Assembly (NCBI GenBank): GCA_000320545.1
Contig: ADNK01000427.1
Location: 186,001 to 250,000, forward strand
Length of the DNA: 64,000 nucleotides
From: Bigelowiella natans CCMP2755
Taxonomy: Eukaryota; Protista; Cercozoa
Direction: 5' to 3'
Shown here: piece after piece, positions 27,109 to 41,650 of the stretch
Layout: every line of letters starts with the position of its first letter
Position numbering within the stretch: position 1 is the first letter of the stretch
Program-made: the position numbers and the translations under genes
Notes under the pieces: generated by a model
Told to the model about the DNA's origin: nothing
The model's input: only the letters and a program-made list of their open reading frames with translations
Databases searched by the model: none

Positions 27109-27881
27109 CACTACTACTTCTACTACCCGTCTATCTTGACTCTTGTGTCGGTGACGACGTTGTATACGAACGCCTCATTGCGAGAATCAACGACTATCAC
27201 GCGGGTGCCCTCAGGGTTAGGGAAGACTTTCAGAACCTGTGTAGTAGTAGTAGTAGTATACGGCATGATTACAAACCACTTGCTGTGTTGTGGGGCAGCT
27301 TTTTCCTTCACCCCTGATTAGCCATGAAATCAACAACAACTACTACTACTACTACTACTACTACCTTGGCGTCATCGTGGAGCGTTTCGATACAACTACT
27401 TGAGCTTTCCAAGTGGTAGTGATGGCATGCATTTGCGGTGGAATAAACGACAAAGTCGTTCGTCAAACCCATGCAAGTTACCTGAAACAAAATTCGCGAA
27501 TGTTGCACATGAGAGGAGGAATCTGCCGGCAATGGTAGTGAAAACGTGGTATGGAATTCGCGCGTTACGCTCTGTGCCACGCCAAAATATGCATATTTTC
27601 AAAAACCGTTTTTCTGTAAGGAGGGCTCTCGATAGGTTTTTGAAATACTGCTAAGAGCAGTCAAAATGTAACTCTTAGAAATCAGAGTTCTTCGGAAGAC
27701 AACCAAAAAATTATTCACTATTCCCTTCTAAAGGAGATTAACCAATTACCCCCCCCCCCCCCCCTCTCTGCTTTGTTACTTTTGCTTCTCCCTCTTCTGG
27801 GAACATCCTGGCTCCTGATTTTTGCTCTGAGGGCCCTGAAAGGATGAGGACAGAAGAAACAATATACAAACTGACATAAAT

Positions 27882-27936
<55 letters not shown>

Positions 27937-30900
27937 ATGAACTTGTACTTCCAGAAAAATGCGACCTATTGTTGCCAGGGCATCAACGAAGAGCTTTCCC
28001 TGACACAGTACTGCGACGTGCGTTTGATTGATCTTGATGTCGCTCACGGTTCCCAAGTACCTAAAATACACACCATCTCGTATGTCAAGTCAACCGTTCC
28101 ACATGGGTACTTGCACGCCAAAATACAAAGCTTGGATTAATAAGATTAGATGTCAATCTCGATATGATCCTACTCTTTCTCAAAGAGAAGCTGTGGCTTT
28201 TCGTCGGACATTAGATTGGCGCTGTAGAACCATACGTGGTTGTTCATGCCCGCAGCTAAGTAGGAACCAAAACGACGAACAAATCAAACAATTTTGTGCA
28301 CCGGGTAGTTCGTGCCTGTTGCACTCTCCCACACAAGGCGTGATCTTTGATCTTCTTTCTTTAGTTCTGCCTTCACTCTTCTGTGTCCTCTACCACCATC
28401 TTAGTTTGTGAGTATTACCAAGACATGTTGGGCCAATAGCGAGGAAGGACGGCTCTATTTTCAAATGGACCTCCATCATTTGCTTCTGATCCTACGAATC
28501 AGGGGATAAGGATGAGATGACTGCAAGTATCCAGTCGTAAGTCTCTCTCTCTCTCTCTTTGTGTGCTCGTAAGAGACTTGCACTTACCGCAACACTGATT
28601 ATCTTAACCGACTGCAAAGATTGTAAATAGGCGACCAGTATCCCTGCAATGTACGGAAAAGAAACGCCATCATATTGTACCCAACAGTGATTCAACTCAC
28701 CTCCTTCTCAAATTCGTTTCTTCTTCATCTAAAACATATCTTCTCGTGCTCGTGCAGAATTGAAATCATGATGATACTACAAAGTGGCAGGTGATCTGTT
28801 TTTCTTATCCATACAGAGCGATGCGAGCACATACCATTAGTTGTAGAAAGGACAGGTATGGAACCTAAGTAGCTCATCAGATTGCCGTTTTCGGTAGCCA
28901 CCTTAGTAACACACCAGCACAATTAATACACACTCTATCATAACTTATCTGCACGTAATAGTCATGCCACAGCTAGCCGCGAACACAACAGTGCTCTCTC
29001 TCCCTCTCTGTTTCTCTCTCGCTCCTTTGCAGCGTCGTCTGTCTGTCTGTGTGCTCGCGTCTTTTGTACCGTCAATATCTGCCCGTCAGAAGTCCATTCG
29101 ACACAAGACGGGTTCCCAGTTTCGTAGGAGAAATCTAACGTGTCCTTTGTTTCCTGAATATCATTCAATTATGAGTGAGTGTGAGATACCATTCGAGATA
29201 GGAAGAAAAGGGGGGTGGAGAAGGGGCAGTCTTATCATGGAGCTGTGTGCAATGCTTTTGTGCTGTGTTGTTGGGCACTTCTTCTTACTACTACCTCGGT
29301 CCATCGAGTCATGTCTTGCATATCGATCATACGCACCTTCGTCTAGGGATGGTGTGAAAGGAAGGACGGAGGAAAATGTTAAAACAACAAGCACATCCAT
29401 CAATTTAAAAAGAAATTGTAGTGTTTGGGGAATGTTTTGCTTTCATAGGAGTTACAGCTTAGAGCTTCAGTATCCTGCTTCACATCATCCTAGACGCAGG
29501 GAATGAGTGTGATGTTTCTCGTTGTGTGTATATAAGCGTTGTAGGAGTTATTCCTGTGTGTATGTGTGTAAACATTTATACGAAAGAATTTATTCGTTCT
29601 CTAATCTACCCCCATGATGGCAGCCATGCGATTCAAGCTCCGGGCGCAACTGAAACTCTTTAATGGCGCTGGAAAGACGTTAGATAATTTCATTATGACG
29701 GAACAGTCTTAGTTGAAGGAAGGGATATCGATGTAACGCATCATCTAGTGTATGCCATGTTACAAAGAAATATGTAAGGGTAGCAATTTAATGATCCTAC
29801 TACCTTCCAAATTTCCCCAATTGTGAATCTCTTCTCCTATTTCAGCTTCGTCGGTCGATAGAACGACAATCTGCACCATTCATCCAAGATCTCTTATGCT
29901 TTGCAAATGCGAGGCATAATTTTACACTTGCAACAACATGGAACAGCTCTCATCTAAGTCACGAGCATTTTCTGATTTCTCTCTCTCCACTGCGTGGTCC
30001 ATCAGGTACGCACGCACCTTTCCATTACTGAAGCCTACAAGCATGTAGCTACTTCCGTACGACACAACTTTGCCTATGGATCCATATCTACCAATACACA
30101 TACGCACACACAAAGAGAGAGGGAGAGAGAGGGAGAGAGGGGGGGGGGGGGACAGGCAAAAAAATGAGCTGGTGCACATAGCACTTACACACGGGGGTCA
30201 AATTACTCGGTTTTGAACTTAAGTTCGATCTGGCGCCTCTTCTCCTTGGTATTGTACGCATACAAGGTCTTTCCGTTTAAATTAAGCAGAAGAAAGTCGT
30301 TCTGAAAAAGATAATCAAAAGACATGTTGGCACCGACCCAGAATTTACGTTATTCAGCACAGCTCAAGACCTACCTTATTCAGGTTATCCCCCGTTTTGA
30401 TATTTGTAAAGCTGGCATTTATGGGGGCTTGCCTCAGCTTGACTTGCTCCACAAGGTCGCCATTGGCCTTGCTAAGTGTGAAGTTCATATCCTCCGACCC
30501 TAAAGCTAAGAGATCCTGCCGAGGGGCCCATGTCCCACAGGTGATCGCGCGTGAGTGCCTTCCCAAAAATTTTTGCTTGACTTTAGTAGTCTTGTCGTAC
30601 AAAAGAAGGTTCCCTTTTGCTGAGCCCACTGCCAGGTGCTTACCAACCGCAGACCATTCCATGAACGTGGGACTCTTCAACCCATCCCCAAGATCAAGAA
30701 CCTGCTGGTCGCCAGTGTGCACGTTGTATAGAACAATCTCTGGGCACTTTTGCTGCATGATCGCCACATGCTCGCCTTCCACATCCCATCGAATGCTTAG
30801 ACAGGGGCCAGAACCTCTAAGGGCGATTTCATGAACCTTTTCCCCTGACCGCGTCCAAATATGTGCTCGTCTGTTTACACCACAGGAACAGAGAAAGCGT

Positions 30901-30977
30901 CCAGTGGGGTCCCACTGGAACTTTGCCTCTCCACCTGAGCCGTGAACATTGTTCTTGATATCTAGGATGCACTTCAT
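22014..30977 (-). CDS. WDR19: Intraflagellar transport complex A protein IFT144/WDR19
   Basis: N-terminal WD40s ([35 protein letters not shown]...[12 protein letters not shown]); TPR region ([56 protein letters not shown]); C-terminal [19 protein letters not shown] zinc-binding motifs. Confidence 0.95.
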
Positions 30978-31876
30978 GATTTACTTTAGGCGTTTGTTGT
31001 TGCGGAGCAGTTCCTGGTGTCCTAGCTGAGTATCTTCTTGCTCACAGCCAAAGTCGACGACTTGAATTCCCCCCTCGAGTGTGCAAAAACGAGGATGTAT
31101 ACCGGACGAACTGAATCTGGCCGGTTGAATATGTCCAATTTTTCCCGATCCGTTGGTCCCAAGCCTCACCACAGGAAAGTTCCAACGACTACTTTGGGGG
31201 CACCGAGATGGGGGTTGCTAGGCGTTACGATCGCTCCGTTCTGATAGATCTATGATCGGTTGGATCAGTGACGGTACTAATGCATGTGCATGGCCAAAAT
31301 GTATGCGGTTAATATCGTAAATTTTTGCATGCAAGTTCCAAACGAACTCCCCACTTCCAATTTTGATGATTTAGTTAGAAACGCTGGTTGAGCAACTGCA
31401 GCATGCAACCGATTTCGACCTACTGATCAGGTGGAGTTTTACCTGTATTTTGTGCTTGTTGTTGGCTGCTGCGACAGAAAACCGCCGAATAATTAAAATC
31501 GATTGAAATGAAGTCGGGTTTACTTCTGCTGGGGGTTTGGCAGAGAGTCTCCATTTGATCACTCTTTGGAAAAGGTATAACAAATAGAAGAATTTCCCTA
31601 AAGCATCTTGTCGTCTAGAAGAAATAGGCTTCATATTTCCGATTTCTTAGGATCTCCCTGGAGAGTCTCTGAGGAGAGCGAAGGGAAAGCCCCAAGGTAA
31701 ATTATTTCCCTCCAAAACCCATTTTCTTTCCTGCGCAGGGAAGACATGTCCCACTGCACTTGACAATTTTGGACTGTGTGTCGCCTCCTGTACCTCGCTT
31801 CCTCCCTTTCACAGTATCACTACACTTTCTTCGAATAGGCGAAAGACGTCCGAGACGCCTTTAAGTTCCGAAAGAC

Positions 31877-33408
31877 ATGCAGCAAGCACCATTTTCTGCC
31901 CTAGTTGCGGCTACGATGTCTAAAGAGCTTCTAAAACGTGACAATCGCCGCACCCGCCAACCATCCATCAACTCCTCTCGTGTTGTATCTCTTCATAATT
32001 CCCGTGCACTCAACGGAAATCATAAAGTTGCGAGAAATGGGCATTCCGGCACTACAGGGGCTAAGGGGAAGAAGAAATCGAGTAAACCTACAGATTACAA
32101 GAGGAAAGATAAGTCCCTGGGAATGCTCTGTGACAGGTAGTCCACAATTTTGCATCAAATTGTCATCTGCCTAAGTTGTAAAATTCCAGATTCCTCCAGT
32201 TATACTCTGGAAGCAAGGAGGAAAGCATATCGTTGGATGATGCAGCACAGCAACTAGGTTGGAGATAAGCCGGTTTATGCTAATCCAAACATCAGTAGAA
32301 TTTTTGTTCTAATAGGAGTTGAAAGGCGTCGTGTATACGATATCGTTAACATACTGGAAAGCGTGGAGGTAATGTCAAGATTAGGGAAGAATCAATACAA
32401 GTGGAACGGGTTTGACATGCTCAAATCGGCGCTGCAGCGACTGCAGGTGACGATCATCAACATTCACGAAAAGTCAATATTTCTATCCTGAGATAATTAT
32501 TTACTTGCAGAACGAGGCTCAAGGAAAGGAAAAGGCTAGGTGACCATTTTCATGCTCCAGAAGAAATACAACTTCTGATTCTATGCTTTTCATCAGAGAA
32601 TCTCGTAGAGGGGAGACGAGGAAAGAAAAATCCCTAGGACTTCTCAGTCGAAGATTCGTGCAGATGTTTTTCAAATCGGAATCACGAATTGTCACACTAG
32701 ATCAAGCTGGGAACTCTCTTGTCGACAACAAGCCAACGGCTAACGCGAAGGTACATACACAGATTCTCCCCTTGCAAACAAATTCAACATATTTTTAACT
32801 CGCAGGGACCCCCGAAAAAAAACATGTATAAGTCCAAAGTAAGGAGGTTATACGACATTGCAAACGTCCTGACAAGTCTAAATCTCATTTACAAGGTCAG
32901 CATATATGATCATGTAATGCGACGGTACTTAATCGTGTTTGTACTCCTCCAGATACATCTCGTCGACACCAGAAAGCCTGCATTTATGTGGCAAGGGGCA
33001 GGAGTGTTTCCACTCAATACAAGTGTTGAACAAGATTCCTATGTTATTAGCAGCGAGAAAATTCCTTCAGCACCCAAATCCAAGAGAAAAGACACATCAA
33101 GTCGAGCTGAATCTGCAAAGAAGAGGTCTAAGAATACAAACAGCTCCACACGTGCTGCCGCTACACGTAGTCTCCCAACACCTCCAACCTGCCCTGTAGA
33201 TAAAGTACCGACGATGCTTCAGCAGCGAATTGACCCTTGCACGCCGAAACATTTCTCGGTACTCAATGGGCCAGCTTGGGAGGCATTTTACACACAATAT
33301 CAGACAGCATTTGACACCTGGGTTCAAAACAAGAAGCTTCACGAAGAAGGGGGCGGCAATGCTGAGAAAATGGTATCGCGTTTACGCACCACGCATGGTA
33401 CGCGATGA
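31877..33408 (+). CDS. Atypical E2F (E2F7/8, DEL type) with two DNA-binding domains
   Basis: DBD1: RKDKSLGMLCDRFL...LGVERRRVYDIVNILES. DBD2: RKEKSLGLLSRRFVQMF...KVRRLYDIANVLTSL...RKPAFMW. Confidence 0.93.
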
Positions 33409-33479
33409 CACCATTGATGGATCGAAGACGCGAGTCAGTGACAAATAGCCGCTTCTTCCACGTTTACGTATCATAACAT

Positions 33480-34164
33480 CGAATAGAAATGTGAGGATCT
33501 CTGGCGCACGTACGTAGAGTAGCTTCGATCATGTATCAATATCTTTTCATGTTTATGTATTACGTACAAGCATATAGCATAGCTACACCTCAGTAGAGCA
33601 AGCATACTTAACTCTGGAGCTTTAGTATTTTCACAGTTCTGGCTGCAGCTAATCTATATATAGTAATCTATACTAGCTCAATAATCCGACGTACGCTAGT
33701 ACATCGTATGAATGGCAGACTTATGAAGCAATGTGTGAAAAGTCTAGCTAGCTAGTGTACCGCTGCCTACTACTCGTTAAAGCAATAGCGCTGACCTAGT
33801 GACGGTCATCGACGGTTATCATCTACTGCCTAGATTACAGCATCTAGGCATGCTAGCATGCTAGCATGGCAAGCTAGCTAGATAGGCATAGCTAGATAGT
33901 ATTGCGGTATAGCGACGACATGCTGTGAGATCAAAAGAATATCTAGATAGCTAGCTAGATATGCTAGATATGGTTGCGATGATGGTGTGTGTACTAGCAA
34001 GCTAGCGCTAGTGTATGACAAATTATAACATTCATCTAGACTAGTCTAGCTAGCTAGCTAGCTGGTAGTAGACTTAACTAGATAGCTCTAGAGCTGTACG
34101 TCTAGACGTGCTAGCGTGTCTCTAGGTAGCTAGGGCTGTCTAGCTTTATGGAGCCATATCTGCG

Positions 34165-34209
<45 letters not shown>

Positions 34210-34320
34210 ATATGCATACGCATACGAACTCATTCGTGTACATCCAGACGCGCCACATCTACACATACTACATGGCTAGATGTTTATACAAGCCTGGCGC
34301 TCGTGCGGGCTATTGCACGT
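33480..34320. other. Palindromic-tetramer tract 4 (strongest example), convergent spacer
   Basis: gcatgctagcatgctagcatggcaagctagctagatag, ctagactagtctagctagctagctagctgg, ctctagagctgtacgtctagacgtgctagc, plus (TA)n. Confidence 0.8.
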
Positions 34321-34326
34321 AATATA

Positions 34327-34364
34327 AAATATATTATTCTGACCATATACAGAATAATATATTT
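34327..34364. repeat. Perfect 15-bp inverted repeat with 8-nt loop
   Basis: aaatatattattctg-accatata-cagaataatatattt; attctgacca(t/g)atac recurs at about 34401. Confidence 0.75.
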
Positions 34365-34754
34365 GTGGGGGACTCACTACATCCGTCTCATAAATAGGTC
34401 ATTCTGACCAGATACAATTTGCCGCAAATGTAGCTAATACATCACTATAGTCTTCAGCGAGTGACATAGTTTTTTTTATATGATGTCATTGTATTACACA
34501 TTAAATATCTGCATCTTCGTCCATAGGCAACTGTACTTGTTGAATGCTCAGATTAGGCTAACAAATTGTGGTACCACCATCGATGTTTCACCACCCTGCT
34601 CACTCTTGTATCAAAGTCTATCTGTTATTTACGATAAAAGCTTGCCAGGTGAGTTCCATCGTGGCTGCAGCAGCCTATTTGACCTTGCCCAACGCTCTTA
34701 TTTCTCAGTTATTCTTACATCCGATGGTGCCCCTAGGCGAATAAATGCTTCACG

Positions 34755-34831
34755 TTACTGAGTAGCTTGTTCGCCTTCTCCCGATCCAAATAGTGATAGT
34801 ACTCGGAATGGTTCTGAATGGTTATCGACGA

Positions 34832-34864
<33 letters not shown>

Positions 34865-35812
34865 ATTGAAGTACGACAAATGAACGATGTCATCTTAAAG
34901 AATCCATAGTGTGTGTCTTTGTGTGTGTGTGTGTGTGCGTGATCGATTATCACGTAGGGTCTACTACATATAAGGGAAGAATGACCTTCGGCCACTGCGG
35001 TGTCACATTTTCCTGCTCTTCCATCATTTTATCGAGGAGTTTGATTGAGAGCTCCCCCTCCTGGCCTGTTCGAAAGGAATCAGCAATACTCAATACCATA
35101 CAGTCATCAAGCAAAGGTATATGTTAGTGTGAGGGAGGATTTGATGATGATGGGCTTTTACTATTACTACTACAACAACTTACATTGCACGTTGGTGGTA
35201 TTGTTCTTATCCCTGAAACGGCAAGGGTCGGAGTCCTTAGTCTGCTGGTTCTCTGATTTAAGTGCGACCTGCCCCGAAGAAAGATGCATAGAAGTGGTAT
35301 TATCCTCTAGCTGCTCTGCACAGATCCAGTTGTCTCTCCTCCTGCTGCTGTTGCTTCGTTTGAGCTTTTTCGCGAATGGCATCTTGCTACTGATCCTCTC
35401 GGTGTTGTTTGCGGCGGAAATGGAACGTCGAGCCTGGACGCGTGATGCCTTCTGGGAGCTTGCAGGCCTTGGTTAGCGACAAAGCACAAAGTCAGGAGAA
35501 GAAGGAGGAGGAGGAGGAGGAGGAGGAGGGGGTGGTCGGCACAAACGACAGATGATGAATCATTGCATTCACACATGGCGGTACTCATGATGAGGCGATG
35601 TGTGAGTTTGAATCTGTTCCTCTACATGATGCGCCCACCTCTTGACGGATGAACTGCGCTTGCGCGAATGCCTGGGTGTTTGGGTTCGGCGGACAGAGGA
35701 GCTTCGGTTACGCGACGATCTTGATGCTGTGGCGGCTGTCGGGGTACGCGAGCGAGACCTGTTATTCATGACATTAGGGCAGTTTGCAAATACAATGTAT
35801 GCATGTGTATCT

Positions 35813-35858
<46 letters not shown>

Positions 35859-35871
35859 TAAATATTAGAGT

Positions 35872-35906
<35 letters not shown>

Positions 35907-36512
35907 AGTGAAACATGCCGTGGGCACAATCAATAAGACCTATACAAGCTACAACTCGCAAATAATGTCTTTTATTGCAACATTGTTGATTAACTCCTAC
36001 TACCGATGTGGCAGCCCCGCAATACATATTTGGTGAAAGTGAGTGCTCTTAAGAATAACCCCTCCTCCCTTTTCTCCCCCCCCCCTCCTTTTTTTCCCTT
36101 TTTCTTCCACTACTACTACAAAAAAATTCCATAACCTTTCTTTCCAATCACACCCCCCCCTTTCCCCCCCCCTTACTAATGACGTGCTACCGAGTGATGG
36201 CTTTGTGGGGGCCCGGTTTCCAATTTTTGGGAAGGGTCATCTTGCTTACAGACGGGGAGGCTGATAATGGCCGCCTCTTCATCATTTGCTAGAGAATTAG
36301 GAGGGGGGGAATGAATTGAACTGCTGGACGAGGAAGTATTCATAACACGTCAGCAGAATACTGCAGAACGCCCCTCAAAACGCAATCAAATAGAAGGACA
36401 CTTTATCGTGGAGAGGAACGCAAAATCTAAATTCTTGTTTTGTTTGTGGTAGTATGCATGCATGCACGTGCATGTGCATGTGCATGTGCATGTGCATGTG
36501 CATGTGTGTATT

Positions 36513-36543
<31 letters not shown>

Positions 36544-36675
36544 TTGAACGAATACCGTTATAGTAGCTCTTCGAGGGGTACTCGCTGGTGCCATAGTAAT
36601 AATTAGATCGATCAAAACAATAATATTCAAACAAACAACATCAGCAACAACTACTGCAACAACAACAACAACTAC

Positions 36676-36708
<33 letters not shown>

Positions 36709-37515
36709 ATACTACAACTGCCACTGCTACTACAAGTGGGTATGTAAGGAGTGCTGGGTGGTAGTATTAGTACCTTTCCTTCTACTACTACTTCTTCTAG
36801 TCCTGGAGAGGTCTCTGCCACGAGGAGAAGGTGGAGGCATGCCTGTTGTCGTTGAGCTGCTGCTACCGTTGTTACTCCGACCGTTATTTGCAGAACTCCG
36901 CCGGGCCGGTGGGGGCATGTTTGCAGCTGGTGCTGCTGCTGTTGTTGATGATGAGCTGCTGCAGAGGCCTTTGTTGTTTATTGAACCGCGTCGCGCTGAG
37001 CCTAAGGAATCACGAAGACCCCCGGTAATCCACGCCTTCGACTCGACTCCTGACCAGAATATGCATGCTCTGTGGGTATTGCTGTTGGAACTACTATGCT
37101 TGCACTCACCGGTGGCTGGTGTGCGTTGGTAGCGAGAGAAAGAGGAGAAGGAGGAGGAGTAGGGGGGGGAAAGAAGAAGAGGAGAAGGAGGAGGAGGAAG
37201 AAGAAGAAGAAGAAGAAGAGGAGGGAGAGGCAAAAGAGCTACCATTACTTCCAGATGAGCTGGAGGAGGCAGCTTCCGTGCTGCTTTTCTTCGCCTGAAA
37301 TAACCATCAAGGGGGGGGGGGAGACGGTTGATCGCGTTGTTACTGAGATCACAGCATCTAAGCCTGGAAGAAAGGCTGTCACGCACCTCTCTCAGGCGCG
37401 TTGAGGATCGACGCGGAGTGCTCTTTGTATTGCTACGGGTTAGTGAGCGGATCGCTATTCCGCCACGTGATGAGGGCCTTCGAGGAGAAGCAAGCCTTGA
37501 CGTATATATATACAC

Positions 37516-37552
<37 letters not shown>

Positions 37553-38408
37553 TATGTTTATGTGTGTATATACTACTCCGAAATGAGAGATGGGAGGTGT
37601 CAAAGCCAATAAAAATACAACTAACTCTGCTAAACGGCTGCTTCGTCTCGAGCTTGGTCTCGGGGTATCCTTCTGCATGTATATACATCACACAGTCGTC
37701 GTCTAATTCAGTTATCATCATCATCATAATCATCATCATCATTATCACCATCTCAGGGCGGATGGAAGTGGAAACATCAGAGTTGGGTGGAGAAATTATA
37801 GGCTGGTCTCTCGATTGCTCACATACTTTCCGGCACTTGGGAGTCGTCACATTGTTATCGGTAGTAGAGGCGACGGTAGAAGCAGTGGAAGCTGAAATTC
37901 CTATCATTTTGTTGTATTGCCGGACGAATCTCATGTGAAGATCCTGATATCAACAAGTATTCAGTAGTCAGGCACAGGATGTTTGTAGTGCAGTAACTAC
38001 TACTGATTCCTCTTCAATGTAGTCGATAGTATAGACATGTCAGTAATTAGCACTCCTCCTCCTCCTCCTCCTCACTCGTAAATCCCTTTCCTAATGACGT
38101 TACTCACCACTGATGGATGCGCCCGCAATGAATACTGAAGAATCTTTTCCCTGAAGAATGTAGTTGTATTACATCTTTCCCCCCGTTGTTTGTTGCGGAA
38201 GATGGGTGACAGGAAGCTTCTCCTCCCCCTCCTCCGCTTCTTCTCACTCGATGTTATCATATAGGTAAAAAGAACTACCTGCCAATCTTTGAATCCATCG
38301 TTTTGAGGATGGATTTGACGTGCGTGCGGACCATCAAGGAGCCATCGAAGCTCAATTCAGATACCATTTTCACTGAAAATCAGGCCGTTAGAAACGCATC
38401 ATGTCACA

Positions 38409-38440
<32 letters not shown>

Positions 38441-38758
38441 TTACTAGGAGGACACTTTTGTAGGAAAGGATTGAACTATATCTCAACTTATTGCATTCTT
38501 ACGGAGTTCGGTTGTGTCTTTGGAAGATAGAGGCCACTGATTGGACATTTTCCTATACCATCATATAAACGCATAAGCACTTCCACAGCAAAGGCAGCGC
38601 ACGCAATAGTGGTAGTGATGTGTTTAGAATGTGTAATTACTCTAGGAGGATGACGAGACCTTCGTTGATCATTTGGGTTACGATTGCTGACAAAGTAAAT
38701 ACGATGTCAAACATTCAGACTGCTAACCAAAAAGAGTGATATTTGTACAAAGTAAACA

Positions 38759-38813
<55 letters not shown>

Positions 38814-38916
38814 TATATATAATATTGTATTAGCTACCCAACCTCGATATTGAGATCCCTTTGAGGATGCGTTGGAATGACGTATGAGTAAGAGGATGAT
38901 TCGTCTGCCTGAAAAG

Positions 38917-38948
<32 letters not shown>

Positions 38949-40107
38949 GAAGAAAGTACGCTTAACATTGTTCCCCAAAAGTCCATCACAATGACTGTTT
39001 AAGCTAATATTTCTCATCTAGTACTCGAAACGAGCTGAAGAGCTAACCGTAACGCCTTTTCTGCCTGTTGTATGGAAATATTGATATTTCAGACTCAAGC
39101 GCGTATGAATTGTCATATCAATTTTCTAGATATTGCGTTAGTAGATTGCTGTGACTTGGGAGGCGAGAAATCCCTTGTCGCTTACAGCTGCCCGACGTAG
39201 AAGTACGATGTATGTTTTGTTGACCACCATCTGCAAGTGAGATACCCAGCAGTCACAGAAGAACAAGAAGAAGAAGAACAAGAAGACAAGAGTTTGAATA
39301 TTACAATCAATTTGTACTCAATAGATATCTCTTCTTTTGCACCTTGGTTTTGAGACCTTTGAACATCTCTGCGAAGCAGTTTATCGCATCACCAGCAACC
39401 TTTCAGTTAGATGTGTTTGTAGGCGGTGTGACGATGGATGAGTTACACCATCGGCAGAGTCATCAGTTACTATTCTTATTAATACCTGAGATCGTAAGCT
39501 CTCCACCCAACTTCCAACTCTAGAAATGATTTTCTGCAATATATCCGTCGGGAAAAAGTAAATCGTATTAGATCACACGCCCCATGATCCAAGCTTTAAA
39601 CTGGCAAACAACAGCTGCTGACCTTTATGTAGGGTAACAGAGCTTCTGGATTTTTCGAAGCAATCTTCGCAATGTTCTGCATGATCGATCTGAGAAAGTC
39701 GTAGATATTTGCTATTGGATAAGTTGGGTAAGATGTAATTCTATCTGGTATCATCGTAGATGAAGGGTGTTCTTCAGGTGAATCATTCGCTAAAGAGTTA
39801 GGTTTTAAGAAGAATTCGGTACATCTGATCTTTCCAATGATCTAGATTTTTCCCCGCGAAAATTTTCTCCATATTTCGTGATCAGATATACGTCCTTCTT
39901 CTTCTTATTCCCTGGAGTGATTCTTGAGCAGAGTAGCGAGACCTTACAGATTGTATTTTCATTATCACACAAATTCCGAGCTGGAGGATGTAATTCGAGA
40001 GGATGATCTTTGCGAAAAGGGGTGAAGAATGCAAACTTTCGATCATGTATTCGGGAACCCAAACAATGACTAAAATGCGAAAGCATGGCTTCAATTTTTG
40101 AACCCAT
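34755..40107 (-). CDS. TOG/CLASP-N (HEAT) domain protein with long Ser/Arg-rich basic tail, probably microtubule-associated (5' end uncertain)
   Basis: Exons SIMQNIAKIASKNPEALLPYIK-KIISRVGSWVESLRSQ-VAGDAINCFAEMFKGL carry the LRS.V..A TOG motif; downstream low-complexity exons RLASPRRPSSRGG and RSRSRTPTAATASRSSR. Confidence 0.6.
36455..36540. repeat. Intronic (CATGTG)n hexamer array followed by (GA)n
   Basis: gcatgtgcatgtgcatgtg... then agagag...; one of dozens of intronic microsatellites [(TA)n, (CA)n, (GA)n, (CAT)n, (TAC)n, (AAC)n] in the window. Confidence 0.85.
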
Positions 40108-40370
40108 CCATTCTAGCAGGACACTAACCAGGTTCGTTGGGAGAGAGCTCCTTGGGAGGGGTGCTCGGCGAACTATTGAAGATTAACGACCAAAATATTT
40201 ATTGTCGTTTCCACGAAATCGCCTGATTTCTCCGACAAATATTGACCGGTTCCGACCGATCTTTGTAGCCGTTGAAGGTGGAAATCCAAAAATGGCATTG
40301 ATTTTCGGCGATCGTCATCGAAAAATCTGTCCGCAATTAGGATTTTCTTTGTGCGACAAGGAACACACTC

Positions 40371-40378
40371 GGCGGGAA
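40371..40378. promoter_or_regulatory. Putative E2F-binding element GGCGGGAA in a divergent promoter
   Basis: Reverse complement TTCCCGCC matches the E2F core; lies between the TOG-like(-) and coiled-coil(+) genes. An 8-mer can occur by chance. Confidence 0.3.
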
Positions 40379-40590
40379 GCTGTTTCCTTCACATCCGAGT
40401 ACTGGCTTTCCCCCCCCCCTACGCTCTTTTAAGGGTACGACGAGTGTGCGTACGTGAAAAGATGACTTTCTTACCTTTATATTAATGGGGAAGGATTGGT
40501 GGAATACAGCGTTTCATGATCGTGCACAGATGTTTCATAGAGGTCCCCGTATCTGCCAAATTAGGATAGAAGCAGACCCCTTCAAGCACG

Positions 40591-41121
40591 ATGAGCGTTC
40601 ATGAGCTTCAGCAGGTAACCTGAAGAGAAACGGGAAAAATTCTTTAGAAGATGGTTGGCAATACTTGATGCAAATACTTGGTACAAATCTTAGTTTATGA
40701 AGAGATGTCGGGTATCTCGACACCAGCTCATCTCAACCTTGGAGGATGTGGAAGACCTGAAAGGCAAAATAGCTGTTGAGAAAGAGGTTCAATAACATCC
40801 ATTCCTTTGTAGCAAATCCTGATTATAGTATGAACAGAAACTTAAGAAGATCGAGAAAGAGAGCAATAAGGTATGTTATAATTTAGCACGGACCCAATTA
40901 TTGCGATTGTTAATTTGATCATATTGTTTACATGACCAACTGCCAAAGATGGTAAAGGAAGAGGTTCAAATGTCACGAGAGATGAATCAAATGGAAAAAT
41001 CCCACAAACATGCAACCGCGAGGAAAGTCCTCCTCACGGATGAAGCTTCTAAAATTCGATCAGTTATTGTGAAGAGGTAGTTGTGGACATCTGATTCTCA
41101 TGTGTGTTCATTTAAATTTAT

Positions 41122-41152
<31 letters not shown>

Positions 41153-41197
41153 TTTAAACATGCACACACAGACGCATGCACATGCACGCACACACGG

Positions 41198-41256
<59 letters not shown>

Positions 41257-41613
41257 TTTGAGATGGCCAATGTGTATTCGTGGTGTTAGTATCACTTCAA
41301 AAGTCAAACTGATTGCGTTTGGAAAAATCAGAAAAGCAGAAGTAAAAGCTGCGGGACAGGAATATAGAATGCTTGTCGGACATTTTCATAAATGGAATGA
41401 TGCACATGCTGTTGCTGAGAAGGAGGCACAAACTCTTTTCAAGGTCAAATTAAATGGAAAGCTTAACATATTATGTAATTTGTTCAATTGACAAATTTAA
41501 ATATATTCAGGAACTGGTGGCAATCAAGAAGGATAGAGATCAACTATTGTAACTAATGCAAACAAACACATTTATTTCATATATAACGACTAGTTTATGA
41601 CGTCCAACGCATA

Positions 41614-41650
<37 letters not shown>

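Noticed and set aside
36730-37515. 261-aa ORF and many poly-L/H/M/YI ORFs in the track
   Set aside because: These are read-through of exons plus intronic microsatellites, or antisense shadows, not independent genes.
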